Positions 8,854-11,162 of a stretch of 11,162 nt of DNA are shown here, in pieces. Position numbers and translations under genes: made by a program. Under the pieces are notes generated by a model. It had not been told where the DNA came from. It did no database searches and was given only the letters and a program-made list of their open reading frames with translations. The DNA comes from an uncultured bacterium (GTDB lineage Bacteria > Hydrothermota > UBA3073 > NMUJ01): assembly GCA_965612795.1 (NCBI GenBank), contig CBFDTI010000043.1:1-11162 (forward strand), in the 5' to 3' direction. Numbering within the stretch: the stretch's first letter is position 1; each line of letters starts with the position of its first letter.

Positions 8854-9595
8854 TTATCCGCTGTAAGAGACATTCTTCACATTGGGAGTAACCTACTTTG
8901 CGGATGACCTCCCATATGTCACGAGGTGGGCCTGAACATTTGATTCTTCCATCCACCATCACGTAACCTTTGGCAGCATTCAGGTAGTTGAGTATATATC
9001 CCGTATGTGTGATGATCAATGCACTTCGGTGACGTTCACTTATGCGTTTCTCTTTCTCCAGTAGGTGACGTAACTTGTTGGCGATAAGTTCGATATTTTC
9101 CACATCGACACCGGATTCGGGTTCGTCAAGCAACAACAGGTCCGGCTTCTGTGCTATTAATAGGAGGATTTCGACACGCTTGGTTTCGCCACCCGAAAAC
9201 CCATAGTGTAGTTCACGCCGCAAGTGGGCCGTAAGTTTGAGCTCTTCCGCCATACGTTGGATGTCGGGTTTGTTGGAATTTATCAACTCGAGCAACTTGC
9301 CCAGTTTCACACCACGTATGATGGGTGGTCGCTGGAACGCTATCCCTATACCCAGACGTGCACGCTGTTCGGGTAGCATGTTGGTGATATCCGTACCGTG
9401 AAAGTAGATTTTACCCCGAACTTCGTACCCTGGTAACCCCATAATTGCATGTAGGAGGGTGGACTTACCGGAGCCATTGGGCCCAAACAGTATATGTACC
9501 TCACCTTGTGGTATCTCGAGGTTGATATCCTTCAGTATCTGCTTACCATCTATGCTCACAGAAAGGTTATCAACCTTAAGCAGCGGTACGTTCAT
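8837..9595 (-). CDS. sufC: SufC-like ABC ATPase (SmsC-type, C-terminal CX18CX2C)
   Basis: Walker A GPNGSGKST, RARLGIGIAFQRP, signature GFSGGETKR, Walker B LLLLDEPESGVD, IITHTGYILNY and C-terminal C-x18-CEEC. Overlaps the sufB-like gene by 17 nt. Confidence 0.93.
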   Translation of the reverse strand: MNVPLLKVDNLSVSIDGKQILKDINLEIPQGEVHILFGPNGSGKSTLLHAIMGLPGYEVRGKIYFHGTDITNMLPEQRARLGIGIAFQRPPIIRGVKLGKLLELINSNKPDIQRMAEELKLTAHLRRELHYGFSGGETKRVEILLLIAQKPDLLLLDEPESGVDVENIELIANKLRHLLEKEKRISERHRSALIITHTGYILNYLNAAKGYVMVDGRIKCSGPPRDIWEVIRKVGYSQCEECLLQRINEKRR

Positions 9596-11000
9596 TCAAC
9601 CTACGGCGACGGGTGGCGGCTAACTCTCTTGCTAACCGTTTATTACGTAATTTTAGTGTTTCTGGACGTTTGACATCAGTATTGTCGGGATGTCGTCTAT
9701 ATCTGTACAGCACTTTATGTACACGACCTATTTGATACTTTTCGGAAACCTTCAATATGAGGTCGTAATCCTCACCATAATCGCCGAACGTTTTGTAGTC
9801 GAACCCACCAAACTCATGGATCACACTCCTGTGCCATACACGTACTGCGCCGGCACCATCAACCCGCAATATGTTGTTTTGGTTGTATTCCAGGTGTTTG
9901 ATCACACCCATCTCGGGTATGGGGTTGCCGGCTTCATCCATAAGCTCGTAGTAGGAGATTGCTACACCCCAAAACGGATGTGTTTCGAGTGCTTCCACCA
10001 TACATTCGAGTGTCTCAGGTAGGTACTCGTCGTCCGAATCCAATTGTGCTACGTACTTGCCACGTGCATGTTGTAAGCCGAGTGTCAATGAATAGCCGAT
10101 GATGTTGATATTGTTTTCGATCAACCTTATTCGTGGCTCCTTACGCATGTATTCACGTATGATATCCTTTGTGCGGTCGGTGGACCCATTATCAACGATG
10201 ATGTATTCCCAATCTTTCAGCGTCTGCTGTAGTACACTTTCGATGGCATTGGATATGAACCGCTCACGGTTATAGACTGGGGTGATGATCGAAACGATAG
10301 GGTCACCGGGTTTGGTTTCTACCTGAGGTACACGGTTCCATGGTAATTCGATGTATATGCCACGACGTTTGAGCATCTGTTCGAACGCATGTTCGATTTC
10401 GAGCTCCTCATCCCTTGAATAGAATAGATATGCGAACCCACCATATTTTGAGCTACCGGGGAAGAACAGCTTGTTGCATGCGAATTGGCGGTCTTCGAAC
10501 TTGTCTTTGGTTAATGTCAAATCATAACATGGTGTGGGGTGATGATGTATCTGATAGTGTTCACTCAACCGCAGATGTAGATCGTACTCGTATGCGTACT
10601 TCAACTGCGTGTTGTAACCACCAACCTCACGTATGGCGGTAGTGCGATAGAATTTGACTGGCCCAAACTCAAACCGTTCAGTCCAATCGCCGTCATAATC
10701 ACGTAGCTTGATCGTATTTTGGGTATCATCTATGCGTTCGATGTAGTCTGAATATATGAACCCTATCTTGGGGTTGGCTTCCATCTCGGCTATCCACTTA
10801 TCAAATGTATCCGGATGAAACGTAACCCCCTGCGGTAGATACGTGAAATACTGTGGGGTTTCGTGTTCGATTAGCTGGTTGAAAGCTAAAGCGATGGGCC
10901 TATCCTTGGGTACGTTGACAACGGTGATGCCGAGCGATTTGAGGCGCTTCACCTCGGTGGGATTCTTTACACCCGGTGGTACAGCGACCAAAATTTTCAT
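9576..11000 (-). CDS. Glycosyltransferase family 2 protein with two GT-A-like domains (N-terminal one degenerate)
   Basis: C-terminal domain has SIITPVYNRE, IIVDNGSTDRT, ARGKYVAQLDSDD, GEDYDL and LYRYRRH. The N-terminal half carries parallel remnants (GFIYSDY, AIREVGGYN, YEYDLHLRL). Overlaps the sufC-like gene by 20 nt. Confidence 0.92.
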   Translation of the reverse strand: MKILVAVPPGVKNPTEVKRLKSLGITVVNVPKDRPIALAFNQLIEHETPQYFTYLPQGVTFHPDTFDKWIAEMEANPKIGFIYSDYIERIDDTQNTIKLRDYDGDWTERFEFGPVKFYRTTAIREVGGYNTQLKYAYEYDLHLRLSEHYQIHHHPTPCYDLTLTKDKFEDRQFACNKLFFPGSSKYGGFAYLFYSRDEELEIEHAFEQMLKRRGIYIELPWNRVPQVETKPGDPIVSIITPVYNRERFISNAIESVLQQTLKDWEYIIVDNGSTDRTKDIIREYMRKEPRIRLIENNINIIGYSLTLGLQHARGKYVAQLDSDDEYLPETLECMVEALETHPFWGVAISYYELMDEAGNPIPEMGVIKHLEYNQNNILRVDGAGAVRVWHRSVIHEFGGFDYKTFGDYGEDYDLILKVSEKYQIGRVHKVLYRYRRHPDNTDVKRPETLKLRNKRLARELAATRRRRLNERTAA

Positions 11001-11006
11001 CTATTT

Positions 11007-11033
11007 AAGATATGGGGTGACGATAAAAGGCAA
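11007..11033 (-). promoter_or_regulatory. Putative promoter for the GT2-sufC-sufB unit, probably leaderless
   Basis: Minus strand reads TTGCCT (11033-11028), N15, TATCTT (11012-11007), N6, ATG. No SD present. Confidence 0.5.
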
Positions 11034-11052
11034 GTGCCACGGTAACAATAGA

Positions 11053-11079
11053 TTGACGTATATGGTAACACGGTAAATT
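11053..11079 (+). promoter_or_regulatory. Putative promoter for the deacetylase-family gene, probably leaderless
   Basis: TTGACG (11053-11058), N15, TAAATT (11074-11079), N5, GTG (11085). No SD present. Confidence 0.55.
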
Positions 11080-11084
11080 TAGTT

Positions 11085-11162
11085 GTGTTGATCATCTACT
11101 CACCCAAATGTCTCGAATACAGGGCGGTTGGACATCCTGAATCACCCACCCGCGTATCACGT
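11085..11162 (+). CDS. Histone deacetylase / AcuC / acetylpolyamine amidohydrolase family protein, N-terminus only (3'-truncated)
   Basis: Manual translation from GTG 11085 gives MLIIYSPKCLEYRAVGHPESPTRVSR. IY...L-x-Y...GHPE-x-P-x-R is the typical N-terminal motif of Zn-dependent HDAC-family enzymes. Not in the ORF track. TTG 11088 is an alternative start. Confidence 0.78.
   Translation, partial: MLIIYSPKCLEYRAVGHPESPTRVSR

Overview
Compact, gene-dense chromosomal window (~46% GC by eye) from a bacterium that is probably diderm and anaerobic (inference from lapA/lapB-like genes and an SMS-type Fe-S system). Plus strand, in order: 3' end of an RND periplasmic adaptor, an AcrB-family RND permease, an isocitrate/isopropylmalate-family dehydrogenase, a LeuC/HacA-type dehydratase large subunit with no adjacent small subunit, tRNA-Leu(CAA), lapA-like, lapB-like, a small lipoprotein and tRNA-Ala(GGC). 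Minus strand, convergent: an overlapping three-gene unit of a two-domain GT2 glycosyltransferase, a SufC-like ATPase with a C-terminal CX18CX2C motif and one SufB/D-like protein (SMS-type minimal Fe-S system). At the right edge a histone-deacetylase-family gene, missing from the ORF track, starts divergently. I see no mobile element, CRISPR array or defence system, and nothing here is demonstrably a new system. The best leads are the GT2-smsCB coupling, an NADP-signature HICDH/IDH-like enzyme paired with an orphan aconitase-family subunit, a LapB without a membrane anchor, an mRNA punctuated by CCA-less tRNAs, apparent leaderless genes with 15-bp-spacer promoters, and an excess of CACGTG.
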